A DNA stretch of 64,000 bases from a virus (IMGVR_UViG_3300014205_000185:53994-117993), one strand, 5' to 3'; positions 47,253 to 55,038 are shown, counted from the first letter of the stretch. Notes: generated by a model from the sequence alone, not told the origin. Numbers and translations: made by a program.

Positions 47253-47648
47253 ATGTCCAGAACCGACGTGCACGCACCGTACTGGGTCAAGCAACTCGAT
47301 CCAGCATGGCGTGATCACTTCCAGGAGGTTCACCATCACCAAGATGGTGTCTGCACCCTCCAGGACTACTTCGAGTCGCTCCGTCGCAATGGGAGAAGCT
47401 GGGGAGACTGCTTCATCCAGCCCGTCTCTCGGGGACGCAACATCCATTGTGGATGCTGGATGTGCAGTGAAGGCTACAGCCGCTCGCTCCGGCGTCGCAC
47501 TGAACGGCACCAGATAAAGCAAGCGCTCCGCTCAGGTCAGTGGGAAGATCCTACGCCTCAGGTGCGGGAGCGATACTGGATCAGCAATAGGCCGTCCACC
47601 TGGGTCGGCTATCAGCGACAGAAGGCGTTGACTGAGACCGAGGAATAG
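47253..47648 (+). CDS. hypothetical basic His/Cys protein
   Basis: MSRTDVHAPYWV...CGCWMC...RRRTER. Confidence 0.7.
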   Translation: MSRTDVHAPYWVKQLDPAWRDHFQEVHHHQDGVCTLQDYFESLRRNGRSWGDCFIQPVSRGRNIHCGCWMCSEGYSRSLRRRTERHQIKQALRSGQWEDPTPQVRERYWISNRPSTWVGYQRQKALTETEE

Positions 47649-47681
47649 AAAACTAGGCCTACGTCAAAGGCGTAGGCATTC

Positions 47682-47754
47682 GGGCCCTTAGCTCATTTGG
47701 TAGAGCATCTCTTTTGCAAGGAGAAGGCGGCCGGTTCAAATCCGGCAGGGTCCA
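47682..47754 (+). tRNA. tRNA-Ala(TGC)
   Basis: TCTCT-TTTGCAA-GGAGA. Confidence 0.9.
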
Positions 47755-47756
47755 CC

Positions 47757-47882
47757 CCGGAGGGCAGTAATGGAGGATAAGCCGCCGCGCAACTCGACGG
47801 GGTTGGCGCTCTAGCCTGGGGTCCGGACCTTGGGGCTGGCGCGAAAGCGGAGTTGTGGGTTCGAGTCCCACCCGGATACCAA
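47757..47882 (+). ncRNA. tRNA-like RNA with anticodon loop replaced by a multi-hairpin insert
   Basis: T arm GTGGG-TTCGAGT-CCCAC, 3' ACCA, D-like GGC..GCC, CCGC/GCGG stem closing a ~60-nt insert. Confidence 0.5.
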
Positions 47883-47956
47883 GCCGACGCACGCTGATGG
47901 CTCAAGCGGCCTGACCTAGGATCAGGTGTTTGTGAGTTCGAATCTCACCGTCGGTA
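47883..47956 (+). tRNA. tRNA-Leu(TAG)
   Basis: CCTGA-CCTAGGA-TCAGG. Confidence 0.8.
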
Positions 47957-47968
47957 CGTTATGACAGT

Positions 47969-48049
47969 GCCCGAGTGATGAAATGGCAGCCATGCTGGCC
48001 TTAAAAGCCGGTGCCGAGAGGCGTGCGGGTTCGAATCCCGTCTTGGGTA
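47969..48049 (+). tRNA. tRNA-Leu(TAA)
   Basis: loop CTTAAAA, long variable arm. Confidence 0.9.
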
Positions 48050-48059
48050 CGATAGACAA

Positions 48060-48139
48060 GGGGTCGGACGGTTTCGTCGGGTAGCTAGAACCGCACGTCG
48101 GAAGTTGCCTGCACCCGGGTTCGATTCCCGGCGGCTCCA
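48060..48139 (+). ncRNA. mini-tmRNA (tRNA-like domain only)
   Basis: 5' GGGGTCGGACGGTTTCG and 3' CCGGGTTCGATTCCCGGCGGCTCCA match tmRNA termini; G3:U70; only a short helix between them. Confidence 0.7.
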
Positions 48140-48151
48140 CGCAAGAAGCAA

Positions 48152-48227
48152 GGTCTGTTAGCTTAGCCTGGTTTAAAGCGCCACCCTGTCACGGTGGAGA
48201 TCACGGGTTCGAATCCCGTACAGATCG
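48152..48227 (+). tRNA. tRNA-Asp(GTC)
   Basis: CCACC-CTGTCAC-GGTGG. Confidence 0.92.
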
Positions 48228-48302
48228 CGGACCTAGAGGATAGCGAGATCGTATGCTCGCGTATCGCTAGGACAAGGCGGACCCTTCGGTGGTCCGCCCC
48301 AA

Positions 48303-48391
48303 GGAGATGTGGCAGAGTCCGGTTTATCGCGCAGTCCTGCTAAGACTGTGACCCCTAAAAAGGTCCCCGAGTTCAAATCTCGGCATCTCCG
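48303..48391 (+). tRNA. tRNA-Ser(GCT)
   Basis: CAGTC-CTGCTAA-GACTG, long variable arm. Confidence 0.9.
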
Positions 48392-48446
48392 CGCAGCTCG
48401 CTGGCCGTTCGATTCGGCCATAAACTTGGCGTTCTAGCGAGCCCTT

Positions 48447-48521
48447 GGGAACGTAACTCAGTCCGGTTAGAGTTCCGATCTGATACGTCGGCGGTCAGAG
48501 GTTCAAATCCTCTCGTTCCCA
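48447..48521 (+). tRNA. tRNA-Ile(GAT)
   Basis: CCGAT-CTGATAC-GTCGG. Confidence 0.88.
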
Positions 48522-48539
48522 CGCAGCAAGAGTTCGTAT

Positions 48540-48613
48540 GTCCCAGTAGCTCAATTGGACAGAGCGCTAGCCTACGAAGCTAGAGGTTGCAGGTTCGAGT
48601 CCTGCTTGGGATA
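48540..48613 (+). tRNA. tRNA-Arg(ACG)
   Basis: CTAGC-CTACGAA-GCTAG. Confidence 0.92.
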
Positions 48614-48618
48614 CGTAG

Positions 48619-48693
48619 CGGGATATAGCTCAGCTTGGTTAGAGCGCCGGTCTGGGGGACCGGAGGCCGTCGGTTCAAATCCGGCTCTCCCGA
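48619..48693 (+). tRNA. tRNA-Pro(GGG)
   Basis: CCGGT-CTGGGGG-ACCGG. Confidence 0.9.
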
Positions 48694-48698
48694 CGCAT

Positions 48699-48782
48699 GG
48701 TAGGCATCCGGCTGGATGAGGGGCCGCGTTCGAAGTGCGGTAGCGGGTCAAACCGTTGTGGGTTCGAGTCCTACGCCTACCG
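48699..48782 (+). tRNA. tRNA-Ser(CGA)
   Basis: CCGCG-TTCGAAG-TGCGG, long variable arm. Confidence 0.8.
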
Positions 48783-48789
48783 CGTACCT

Positions 48790-48876
48790 GGAAGATGACC
48801 GGTTGGTCGAGGGAGCACGGTTGGAAGTCGTGTACGTCGCGTGAGCGGCGCCGGAGTTCGAATCTCCGATCTTCCG
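48790..48876 (+). tRNA. tRNA-Ser(GGA)
   Basis: CACGG-TTGGAAG-TCGTG, long variable arm. Confidence 0.8.
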
Positions 48877-48990
48877 CGTGATCAAGAGATGGTTCAATCG
48901 ATGCTGGCCACAGTATCGGCTATGCGTTCGTCCCTGGTGCCTGCGCGGGCAGGCTTACGACCACCGCTGCTACAGGCACCAGGAATTGCC

Positions 48991-49812
48991 CTAGTCGGTT
49001 AACCGTCCGGCCTCCTCGTCGACTACGGCGTCGGCGACCGCGGCGATGGCGGCGGGCGTTAGGTCCACTGGCCCCGCACTGGAACCTCCGTCAGAGTCGC
49101 TGGCGAAGTAGCCAAAGAAGGTCGGGTCGACATCGAATACCGTTACCCATGGCTCGTTCGGTAGAGAGATCGAGCCGACAACTGTGGAGTAGATCGGCTT
49201 GAAGACATCGCCGCCTGGAGCGTGGCTGGCGTTGGTCTGTCGCCCCGACCACCACCAACCCTGACCGGCCATGGCGGCGGCGTCTCCGACGACAGCAATC
49301 TGCCCGCCCAGCGGGACTCGGTAATACACGCCGTTCATGCGGCAGAAGATGGTTGGCTGCACGTCGTCCTCCTCGATCGGGGGTAAGGGTGGAACCGGCG
49401 GTGTTGGCGTAATGGCAACATATCGATAGGCCTTGTAGCCAGGAGTAATGCGCTTGATCTCTCGTCGGACGGGGCCATTTACCCCGCCAGCCTGCTCCCA
49501 GATGTGGAGACCATTTGTAGTCCAGCCGTCGAAGAGCTGGATATGACCATCGTCGCCCGCGGTGCCTGGGCCGCAGAGACCGATAGCATCGCCCGGCTGT
49601 AGGTCGCTGACAGGAATTTCCTTCATAAAGCCCCGGGTAACAAGCGTGACCGTGTTTTCCCCGGGCGGTGGCGTCTTCCAGCACATGGAGACATAGCCGG
49701 AGCAGTCCTGGCGATATCCGTCCGGCTGGTGAACGAGAGCCTGGCTATATGGCACAGACCTCGGAGGCCAAATAGTGGCGGCCCTGACTAAGACTTCAGA
49801 ACGAGCGACCAT
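48991..49812 (-). CDS. endolysin-like NlpC/P60 peptidoglycan hydrolase
   Basis: YRQDCSGYVSMCW, LQPGDAI, GHIQLF; Pro linker; C-terminal IAAVADAVVDE. Confidence 0.8.
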   Translation of the reverse strand: MVARSEVLVRAATIWPPRSVPYSQALVHQPDGYRQDCSGYVSMCWKTPPPGENTVTLVTRGFMKEIPVSDLQPGDAIGLCGPGTAGDDGHIQLFDGWTTNGLHIWEQAGGVNGPVRREIKRITPGYKAYRYVAITPTPPVPPLPPIEEDDVQPTIFCRMNGVYYRVPLGGQIAVVGDAAAMAGQGWWWSGRQTNASHAPGGDVFKPIYSTVVGSISLPNEPWVTVFDVDPTFFGYFASDSDGGSSAGPVDLTPAAIAAVADAVVDEEAGRLTD

Positions 49813-49888
49813 TCAAGACCTCCTTGGCGGGCGCTAATGGTCAGACGGTACCGCATTAGCTGACAGTTTCGAGGCACTTGATAGACAT

Positions 49889-49975
49889 GGAGACGCCAGC
49901 CGATAGGCCGCCGGCCGCGAGTTTGAAGCTCGTTAGGGGTTAACGCCCGTGAGAGTTCGAGTCTCTCCGTCTCCG
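49889..49975 (+). tRNA. tRNA-Ser(TGA)
   Basis: GCGAG-TTTGAAG-CTCGT, long variable arm. Confidence 0.8.
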
Positions 49976-49987
49976 CCCAGAGGGCTC

Positions 49988-50017
49988 TTGACCGAACCTG
50001 AAGGTCCGGGGTACTCT
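49988..50017 (+). promoter_or_regulatory. putative promoter
   Basis: TTGACC-18 nt-TACTCT upstream of 50053. Confidence 0.5.
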
Positions 50018-50052
50018 GTACCCGGACATCCCCCTACAGGATCGGAACAGTC

Positions 50053-50526
50053 ATGAACACGAAGATCAAGGAATGGCTCGCGACCGCCGGATGGGTCATC
50101 GCCATCCTGCTCATCGTCCTGGTCGGCACGCTCGCATCCCGCAACCTCCAGGTCACGCCTTCCGGCTTCAAGGCCATCGCACAACAGACGTTCAAGGAAG
50201 TCCAGGTTCGCTTCGTCGTCAAGGTCGAGGAGCCGACTACCTGGATGGAGGTTCGGCTGTACGAGCTGGGCGAAAGCCCAAGCTCACTGGAGGAGACCCG
50301 GTCGACGCCGTTCATGACGGCGCGGGACTGGTCGTACACCGTGACCATGCGCAACGACATGTATACGGTCATCTGGCCGCTTCTCTACACCGGCATCGCT
50401 GGGCAGTCGGCCGGCGGCCGAGGGGTGTGCTGGGTCGAGGTTGACGGAGTCGAGGTCCCGGGCAGTCGGACCCAGATACCGTCCGGCAGCATCGTCCTGG
50501 CAAAGTGCGAGTACCGGGTCGACTGA
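50053..50526 (+). CDS. membrane-anchored MmpS-like protein
   Basis: N-terminal TM; C-terminal CWVEVDG...AKCEY disulfide pattern. Confidence 0.65.
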   Translation: MNTKIKEWLATAGWVIAILLIVLVGTLASRNLQVTPSGFKAIAQQTFKEVQVRFVVKVEEPTTWMEVRLYELGESPSSLEETRSTPFMTARDWSYTVTMRNDMYTVIWPLLYTGIAGQSAGGRGVCWVEVDGVEVPGSRTQIPSGSIVLAKCEYRVD

Positions 50527-50557
50527 CAGGAAGTCGCTCGCCATTGGCGAGCGCAAT

Positions 50558-50628
50558 GGGCCGTTAGCTGAGTGGTTTAGCTCCGGGCTCTTAACTCGGA
50601 GAGGAAGGTTCGATTCCTTCACGGCCTA
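50558..50628 (+). tRNA. tRNA-Lys(CTT)
   Basis: CCGGG-CTCTTAA-CTCGG. Confidence 0.88.
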
Positions 50629-50655
50629 CGCAACAAACTCCCTGGAGGAGGAAAC

Positions 50656-50742
50656 ATGTGGTGTCTAGGGCTGCTCTGCCTGGTCCTAGTGCTCATCGTC
50701 GTCGGAGCGTTCAGCAGACCTGACGACAGAGGGCCCCTGTAG
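50656..50742 (+). CDS. 28-aa membrane micropeptide
   Basis: GGAGGAGG RBS; MWCLGLLCLVLVLIVVGAFSRPDDRGPL. Confidence 0.5.
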   Translation: MWCLGLLCLVLVLIVVGAFSRPDDRGPL

Positions 50743-50806
50743 CTCAACGGATAGAGCCGCGGGCTTCTACCCCGCGAGTGTGCGGGTTCGAGTCCTGCCA
50801 GGGGCG
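50733..50806 (+). tRNA. tRNA-Arg(TCT)
   Basis: GCGGG-CTTCTAC-CCCGC. Confidence 0.9.
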
Positions 50807-50807
50807 C

Positions 50808-50879
50808 GTGCCGTGAGCATGGATGGTTATGCTCCGAACTTTTAATTCGGAGAGCAGGGTTCGAGTCCCTGGCGGCGCA
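50808..50879 (+). tRNA. tRNA-Lys(TTT)
   Basis: CCGAA-CTTTTAA-TTCGG. Confidence 0.85.
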
Positions 50880-50916
50880 CGACACAGGCCGCTATGCTTG
50901 CACGGCAACACATCGA

Positions 50917-50993
50917 CGCGGAGTAGAGCAGCTCGGCAGCTCGCTAGGCTCATAACCTAGAGGTCATCGGTTCGAATCCGATCTCCGCTACCA
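50917..50993 (+). tRNA. tRNA-Met(CAT), initiator-like
   Basis: loop CTCATAA; unpaired C1:U72; encoded CCA. Confidence 0.9.
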
Positions 50994-51057
50994 TGCTGGT
51001 CCCGGCACGAGGAGTGTCGGGCGTAAGCGCGGCATACACTCCGCGGCCCGCAGCAGT

Positions 51058-51129
51058 GCCCGTATAGCTCAGTGGCGGAGCATCTCTATGACACGGAGAA
51101 GGCCCCTGGTTCAAGTCCAGGTGCGGGTA
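51058..51129 (+). tRNA. tRNA-Val(GAC)
   Basis: TCTCT-ATGACAC-GGAGA. Confidence 0.88.
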
Positions 51130-51140
51130 CGTCAGTCGAT

Positions 51141-51215
51141 GGGGTCGTAGACTAATTTGGATAGGTCTCCGCTCTTTCAAAGCGGAAGGTGCCGGATCGT
51201 GCCCGGTCGACCCTA
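51141..51215 (+). tRNA. tRNA-Glu(TTC), atypical T loop
   Basis: CCGCT-CTTTCAA-AGCGG; T loop ATCGTGC. Confidence 0.75.
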
Positions 51216-51228
51216 CGCACAACTTCAT

Positions 51229-51302
51229 TCCCCGGTAGCTCAGCTGGTAGATGCATCCGCCTGTTAAGCGGAAGGTCCCTAGTTCGAATCTAGGTCGGGG
51301 AG
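51229..51302 (+). tRNA. tRNA-Asn(GTT)
   Basis: TCCGC-CTGTTAA-GCGGA. Confidence 0.88.
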
Positions 51303-51315
51303 CGCGGGCGTCAAT

Positions 51316-51388
51316 GCACCGAACCATCCGGTAGATGGATCCGATCCTTATAAGTTCGGAGGGGCGGGTTCGACTCCCCCTCGGTGTA
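51316..51388 (+). tRNA. atypical tRNA with TAT anticodon (Ile?)
   Basis: GCACCGA/TCGGTGT acceptor; CCGATC-CTTATAA-GTTCGG. Confidence 0.65.
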
Positions 51389-51397
51389 CATAATCAA

Positions 51398-51470
51398 GCA
51401 GATGTGGCCAAGCGGCTAAGGCCCCTCTTTCACACAGAGGAAATCAAAGGTTCGAGTCCTTTCATCTGCA
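51398..51470 (+). tRNA. tRNA-Val(CAC)
   Basis: CCTCT-TTCACAC-AGAGG. Confidence 0.88.
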
Positions 51471-51493
51471 CGTCGAGCCAAGGAGGCTCCACG

Positions 51494-51733
51494 ATGGACA
51501 CTGGCTGGAACACTGTCAGCACCGAGACTCTGGAGTTGTTGCGTAACAACTTGATCCAGGGCCTGAAGAAGGTGGCCGCGCACATCGCGGCCGGGACGTT
51601 CGAGGAGATCCCGCCTGGGAAGTCCTCGCCTCCGTCCCAGTCGGGCCAGCTAACCCTGGCCTTGCTCAACGAAATAGAAGCCGAACTGGCCGACCGGATT
51701 GCACATGTGAACACGGGTGACCAGGTAATGTGA
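51494..51733 (+). CDS. hypothetical protein
   Basis: AGGAGG RBS before MDTGWNTVST. Confidence 0.7.
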   Translation: MDTGWNTVSTETLELLRNNLIQGLKKVAAHIAAGTFEEIPPGKSSPPSQSGQLTLALLNEIEAELADRIAHVNTGDQVM

Positions 51734-51737
51734 ACCC

Positions 51738-52157
51738 ATGCCGATGGCGACCAAGGAAGAGCAACGCAACTATCAGCGCGAGTGGCGCAGTCAAAGACGC
51801 TTGGAGTGGATCCAAGCACACGGACCCTGTGTCCACTGTGGGGCATCGGAAGAGTTAGAAGTCGATCATATCGACCATAAGGAAAAGTTGCTAAATCCTT
51901 CTTACTTATGGTCTTTATCTAGAACAAATCCAAAAAGAATCGCGGAACTGGCTAAATGCCAGGTGCTATGCAAGAGATGTCATGACGCCAAGACCCTTGA
52001 ACAGCTAAAGACCTACAGGGGATATTGCCGACAGGGGCATCAGTTGGTTCAAGAGAACGTCTACCTCCATCCTGGATCTAGACGTAGGGAATGTCTTATC
52101 TGTAAAAAGACTCGCCGCAGGGCGAATGTCCATGGTGGCCGTAGCTCAATTGGTTAG
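51738..52157 (+). CDS. HNH endonuclease with C-terminal Zn finger
   Basis: CVHCG..LEVDHID...ELAKCQVLCKRCHDAKT; CRQGH..RREC.IC; lower GC than flanks. Confidence 0.85.
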   Translation: MPMATKEEQRNYQREWRSQRRLEWIQAHGPCVHCGASEELEVDHIDHKEKLLNPSYLWSLSRTNPKRIAELAKCQVLCKRCHDAKTLEQLKTYRGYCRQGHQLVQENVYLHPGSRRRECLICKKTRRRANVHGGRSSIG

Positions 52158-52208
52158 AGTGCTGGGCTGTGAACCCGGAGGTTGCGTGTTCGAACCACGT
52201 CGGTCACC
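52134..52208 (+). tRNA. tRNA-His(GTG)
   Basis: CTGGG-CTGTGAA-CCCGG; G-1:C73. Confidence 0.9.
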
Positions 52209-52252
52209 CTCCACATTGCACCTCCCTACAACAGCACATGAAATGGACCCCG

Positions 52253-52705
52253 ATGTTCTTCAATCGCCGTCTAGCCGTCTTCATGGCGGCAACCTGCATG
52301 GCCGTCTCGGTGGCCGGCTGTGAGCCGATTCAGCAGGGCGCGTCCAAGCCGGGCACACCCGAGGTCGTCTTCGAGATAAGGTCCAGCCCGCCGGGGCTGC
52401 TCGCGAGCATCCACATCGACGCCACGTACCCGGACGGGAGCCCCGTCCTCAACGCCGATACCGGCATGCCGTACCCGATGGACGTAGGCCGACGGACGCC
52501 GTACAAGCACACGTTCGCCTATGAGCCCGGCGCCTACGCGGTACTCAAGGTCGTGGCCATCGTCGTCGGCGAGCCGGGCGATGTCGTCTCCTGTTCGATC
52601 ACGGACGACGGATTCACGATCGAACGACCGCAACCGAAGCCGGTCGCCGAGATCCCCCCCGGAGTGATGGGGGCAGAGGTGGTCTGCATCTACACCACCA
52701 AGTAG
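52253..52705 (+). CDS. MmpS-like lipoprotein
   Basis: lipobox VAGC; TPY, SCSITDDG...VVCIY. Confidence 0.7.
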   Translation: MFFNRRLAVFMAATCMAVSVAGCEPIQQGASKPGTPEVVFEIRSSPPGLLASIHIDATYPDGSPVLNADTGMPYPMDVGRRTPYKHTFAYEPGAYAVLKVVAIVVGEPGDVVSCSITDDGFTIERPQPKPVAEIPPGVMGAEVVCIYTTK

Positions 52706-52799
52706 GCGTCCCTAGTCGGGGTCACATCCGACGCACCGCGGGACCGTCGGGGCGAAGCTCACCTGGCACCTTGTGGTGACGAGCTGAGCCCCGACGTAC

Positions 52800-52883
52800 G
52801 GGAGAGTTGGGCAATTGGTTTGGCCCAGCGGACTGTAAATCCGCCCCAGAAATGGCATGCAGGTTCGAGTCCTGTCTCTCCCA
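52800..52883 (+). tRNA. tRNA-Tyr(GTA)
   Basis: GCGGA-CTGTAAA-TCCGC, long variable arm. Confidence 0.9.
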
Positions 52884-52884
52884 C

Positions 52885-52958
52885 GTCATGTCAGGTAGCT
52901 CAACTGGAAGAGCACGCGACGGCGAAGATGGTCGGTTCGAGTCCGATCCTGACATGAC
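52885..52958 (+). ncRNA. anticodon-less tRNA mimic
   Basis: 11-bp GTCATGTCAGG/CCTGACATGAC stem, canonical D and T arms, anticodon arm only CGC-GACG-GCG. Confidence 0.6.
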
Positions 52959-52967
52959 CTCATACAT

Positions 52968-53044
52968 ATCCCTGTAGCTCAATTGGACAGAGCATCGGCC
53001 TCCGAAGCCGAAGGTTAGCGGTTCGAATCCGCTTAGGGATACCA
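52968..53044 (+). tRNA. tRNA-Arg(CCG)
   Basis: TCGGC-CTCCGAA-GCCGA; encoded CCA. Confidence 0.92.
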
Positions 53045-53065
53045 CTATCCACAAAGGAGGGAACC

Positions 53066-53668
53066 ATGGGAACGTGGTTCACGGCCGATACACACTTCGG
53101 CCATGCTCGCATCATCGAGCTGTGTAACCGGCCGTTCAAAACGGTCGAGGAGATGAACGAGAAGCTCGTCGAGAACTGGAACGAACGAGTCAGCCCCAAT
53201 GACGAGGTCTTCATATTGGGGGACCTGGCACTGGGAAAGCTCGACGAGAGCTTGACCTGGGTCGGGCTGCTCAACGGCACCAAGCACCTGGTGCCGGGCA
53301 ATCATGACCGCGTCTGGGAGGGGCACCCGAAGAAGGGCAAGCCCGTCCGGCCGGAGGACATCGTCAGGTACGAGGCGGCTGGGCTCAACATCATGCCCGG
53401 CACCATGAACTTCATCCCCGAGGGAGAATCTTTCCGGGATCCATGGATCTTGTGTCATTTCCCGGACGTGGGCGATAGCCACGATGCGGACCGGTACGAC
53501 AGCTGGCGGCCGAAGCCCAAGGTGGGTCAGGCCCTGATCCACGGTCACGTGCACGAAAAGTGGCTCACGAACGGCCCCAGAATCAACGTGGGCGTTGATG
53601 TATGGGACTACCGCCCCGTACATCAGGACGAGGTCGCCGTCCTCGCTACCGTGGCCCTGAGGGGCTAG
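53066..53668 (+). CDS. calcineurin-like metallophosphoesterase
   Basis: DTHFGH, LGD, GNHD, CHFP, HGHVH, INVGVD. Confidence 0.9.
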   Translation: MGTWFTADTHFGHARIIELCNRPFKTVEEMNEKLVENWNERVSPNDEVFILGDLALGKLDESLTWVGLLNGTKHLVPGNHDRVWEGHPKKGKPVRPEDIVRYEAAGLNIMPGTMNFIPEGESFRDPWILCHFPDVGDSHDADRYDSWRPKPKVGQALIHGHVHEKWLTNGPRINVGVDVWDYRPVHQDEVAVLATVALRG

Positions 53669-54643
53669 TTAGCCTGTCACGGTTAGAAGTGACTCGCTGT
53701 AGATGGTGGCGGCCGATCCTTGGATGTTGACACCGACCCAATACTGTCCGGCCGGAACCTGGGTCGATACCTGAGCATGTAGCTCGGTCGGAGTTTGCGA
53801 GCCGGTAATCGTCAATCGGTACGTGTCGTTTGATGGCCCCAGAAGATAGACCTTGTTCGGGGAGTTGAATCCGTCGCCGCTGATCGTGAGCGAGGTTCCG
53901 CGGGTTGCCGTGGTGGGACTGAAACTGGTTACGTGGATGGCAGTATCGACCGCATCCACGGTGCAACTGCACACAGTCCACGCATAGCCAGGAGCATGCA
54001 GGGCTGGTATCCAGGTTCCCACAGAGAGCGGAGGCGTGGAGACTGCCACTTCTCCCGGGTTGTGTGGAGTGAAGGCCACTGCCTCAAGGATGGCGCCCGT
54101 AGCCTGGTCGGTGAATTGAATGCCATCAACCGCATTGATCTCGAAGCTACCCGACAGAATCAGAACCTCCACGGAATGAGCGGAGATGGACGTCGGGCTC
54201 ACTCCCGTCAACGCAGGAGCGGTGCCGGGATCTGGGTTCGGGGTCGTGGGGTCGTAGCACGAGATGATTGGCACCACGTAGACCTCAGACGTAAGCCCGG
54301 TGGTTTGATCCGTGAGGACGACGAGGAATGTGTGTCCGTCGGAGCCGTAGTTGTGTTCGTAATCGTCTCCATCCACAACCCCAGTAGTCGTGGTCCCGTC
54401 GCCCCAATCAATGGTTGCCGTATTGGGCGTAGATACGTGCACGCCGAGCGTCTGCCCGTCGTCGGCATGAAGGTGCAGGATGGAGGGGCCGCCATCTAGA
54501 GTGAGAGACGCGACGTCTCCTGGGCCAGCGCTAGTGGCCTGCGTCCGGCCAACGTGATAGGCACTCAGGATGTTGGGCCCTTCGTCAATAAGCCGAAGCG
54601 CACCTTTAGTGGCCATGATGCTGCCCGGGATGACGATGGACAT
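53669..54643 (-). CDS. PKD/IPT-TIG domain protein, possibly virion-associated
   Basis: IDWGDGT PKD motif; two IPT-like repeats (LTGVSPT, VTSFSPT...LTISGDGF). Confidence 0.7.
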   Translation of the reverse strand: MSIVIPGSIMATKGALRLIDEGPNILSAYHVGRTQATSAGPGDVASLTLDGGPSILHLHADDGQTLGVHVSTPNTATIDWGDGTTTTGVVDGDDYEHNYGSDGHTFLVVLTDQTTGLTSEVYVVPIISCYDPTTPNPDPGTAPALTGVSPTSISAHSVEVLILSGSFEINAVDGIQFTDQATGAILEAVAFTPHNPGEVAVSTPPLSVGTWIPALHAPGYAWTVCSCTVDAVDTAIHVTSFSPTTATRGTSLTISGDGFNSPNKVYLLGPSNDTYRLTITGSQTPTELHAQVSTQVPAGQYWVGVNIQGSAATIYSESLLTVTG

Positions 54644-54867
54644 ATTGCGACCATTGCTGTTGGTTTCAATGAGATGCGCGTCCTCTCTGGCCCAGGCCAG
54701 GACTCGGCCGGCAATGTGTCTCACGAACTGTGGGTACTCGGCGATGATCCTGAAATATCCACAGCCCATGACGCACCTCTGTCCCGTATTGCACACTTCC
54801 CCCTGTAGCATCCCACCGTCGGTGACCAATAGCTAACCCTTGCGGAAGTCGACAATCTGATTAGCAA

Positions 54868-54941
54868 GCCGATGTGCCTGAGTGGTCCAAAGGGGGCGCC
54901 TGCAAAGCGCCTATTCGCCGGTTCGAATCCGGCCTTCGGCT
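54868..54941 (+). tRNA. tRNA-Cys(GCA)
   Basis: GGCGC-CTGCAAA-GCGCC. Confidence 0.9.
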
Positions 54942-54969
54942 CAAGAAGTGCTGTTCTGCTGTGGGCCTT

Positions 54970-55037
54970 GGCGAGGGATCAGGGATCAACGGTTACTCAT
55001 AATGACCGTCGGCCGGGATCAATACCCGGACTCGCTA
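54970..55037 (+). tRNA. compact atypical tRNA with CAT anticodon
   Basis: ACGGTTA-CTCATAA-TGACCGT 7-bp stem; tiny D arm GATC-AGG-GATC; T loop ATCAATA. Confidence 0.55.
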
Positions 55038-55038
55038 C

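Noticed and set aside
47883-48049. TAG and TAA anticodons as stop suppressors
   Set aside because: They read CTA and TTA (Leu); no evidence of recoding, genes end in normal stops
49889-49975. TGA in the anticodon loop as possible Sec/suppressor tRNA
   Set aside because: Anticodon TGA reads TCA (Ser); a Sec/opal tRNA would need TCA
52714-52797. Hairpin with GAA/TGA internal loop as possible hammerhead
   Set aside because: Lacks the CUGANGA and GAAA core in the required arrangement
43910-53054. ORFs overlapping tRNAs (translations with GFEP/RDSNP/GSNP)
   Set aside because: Artefacts of translating tRNA sequence
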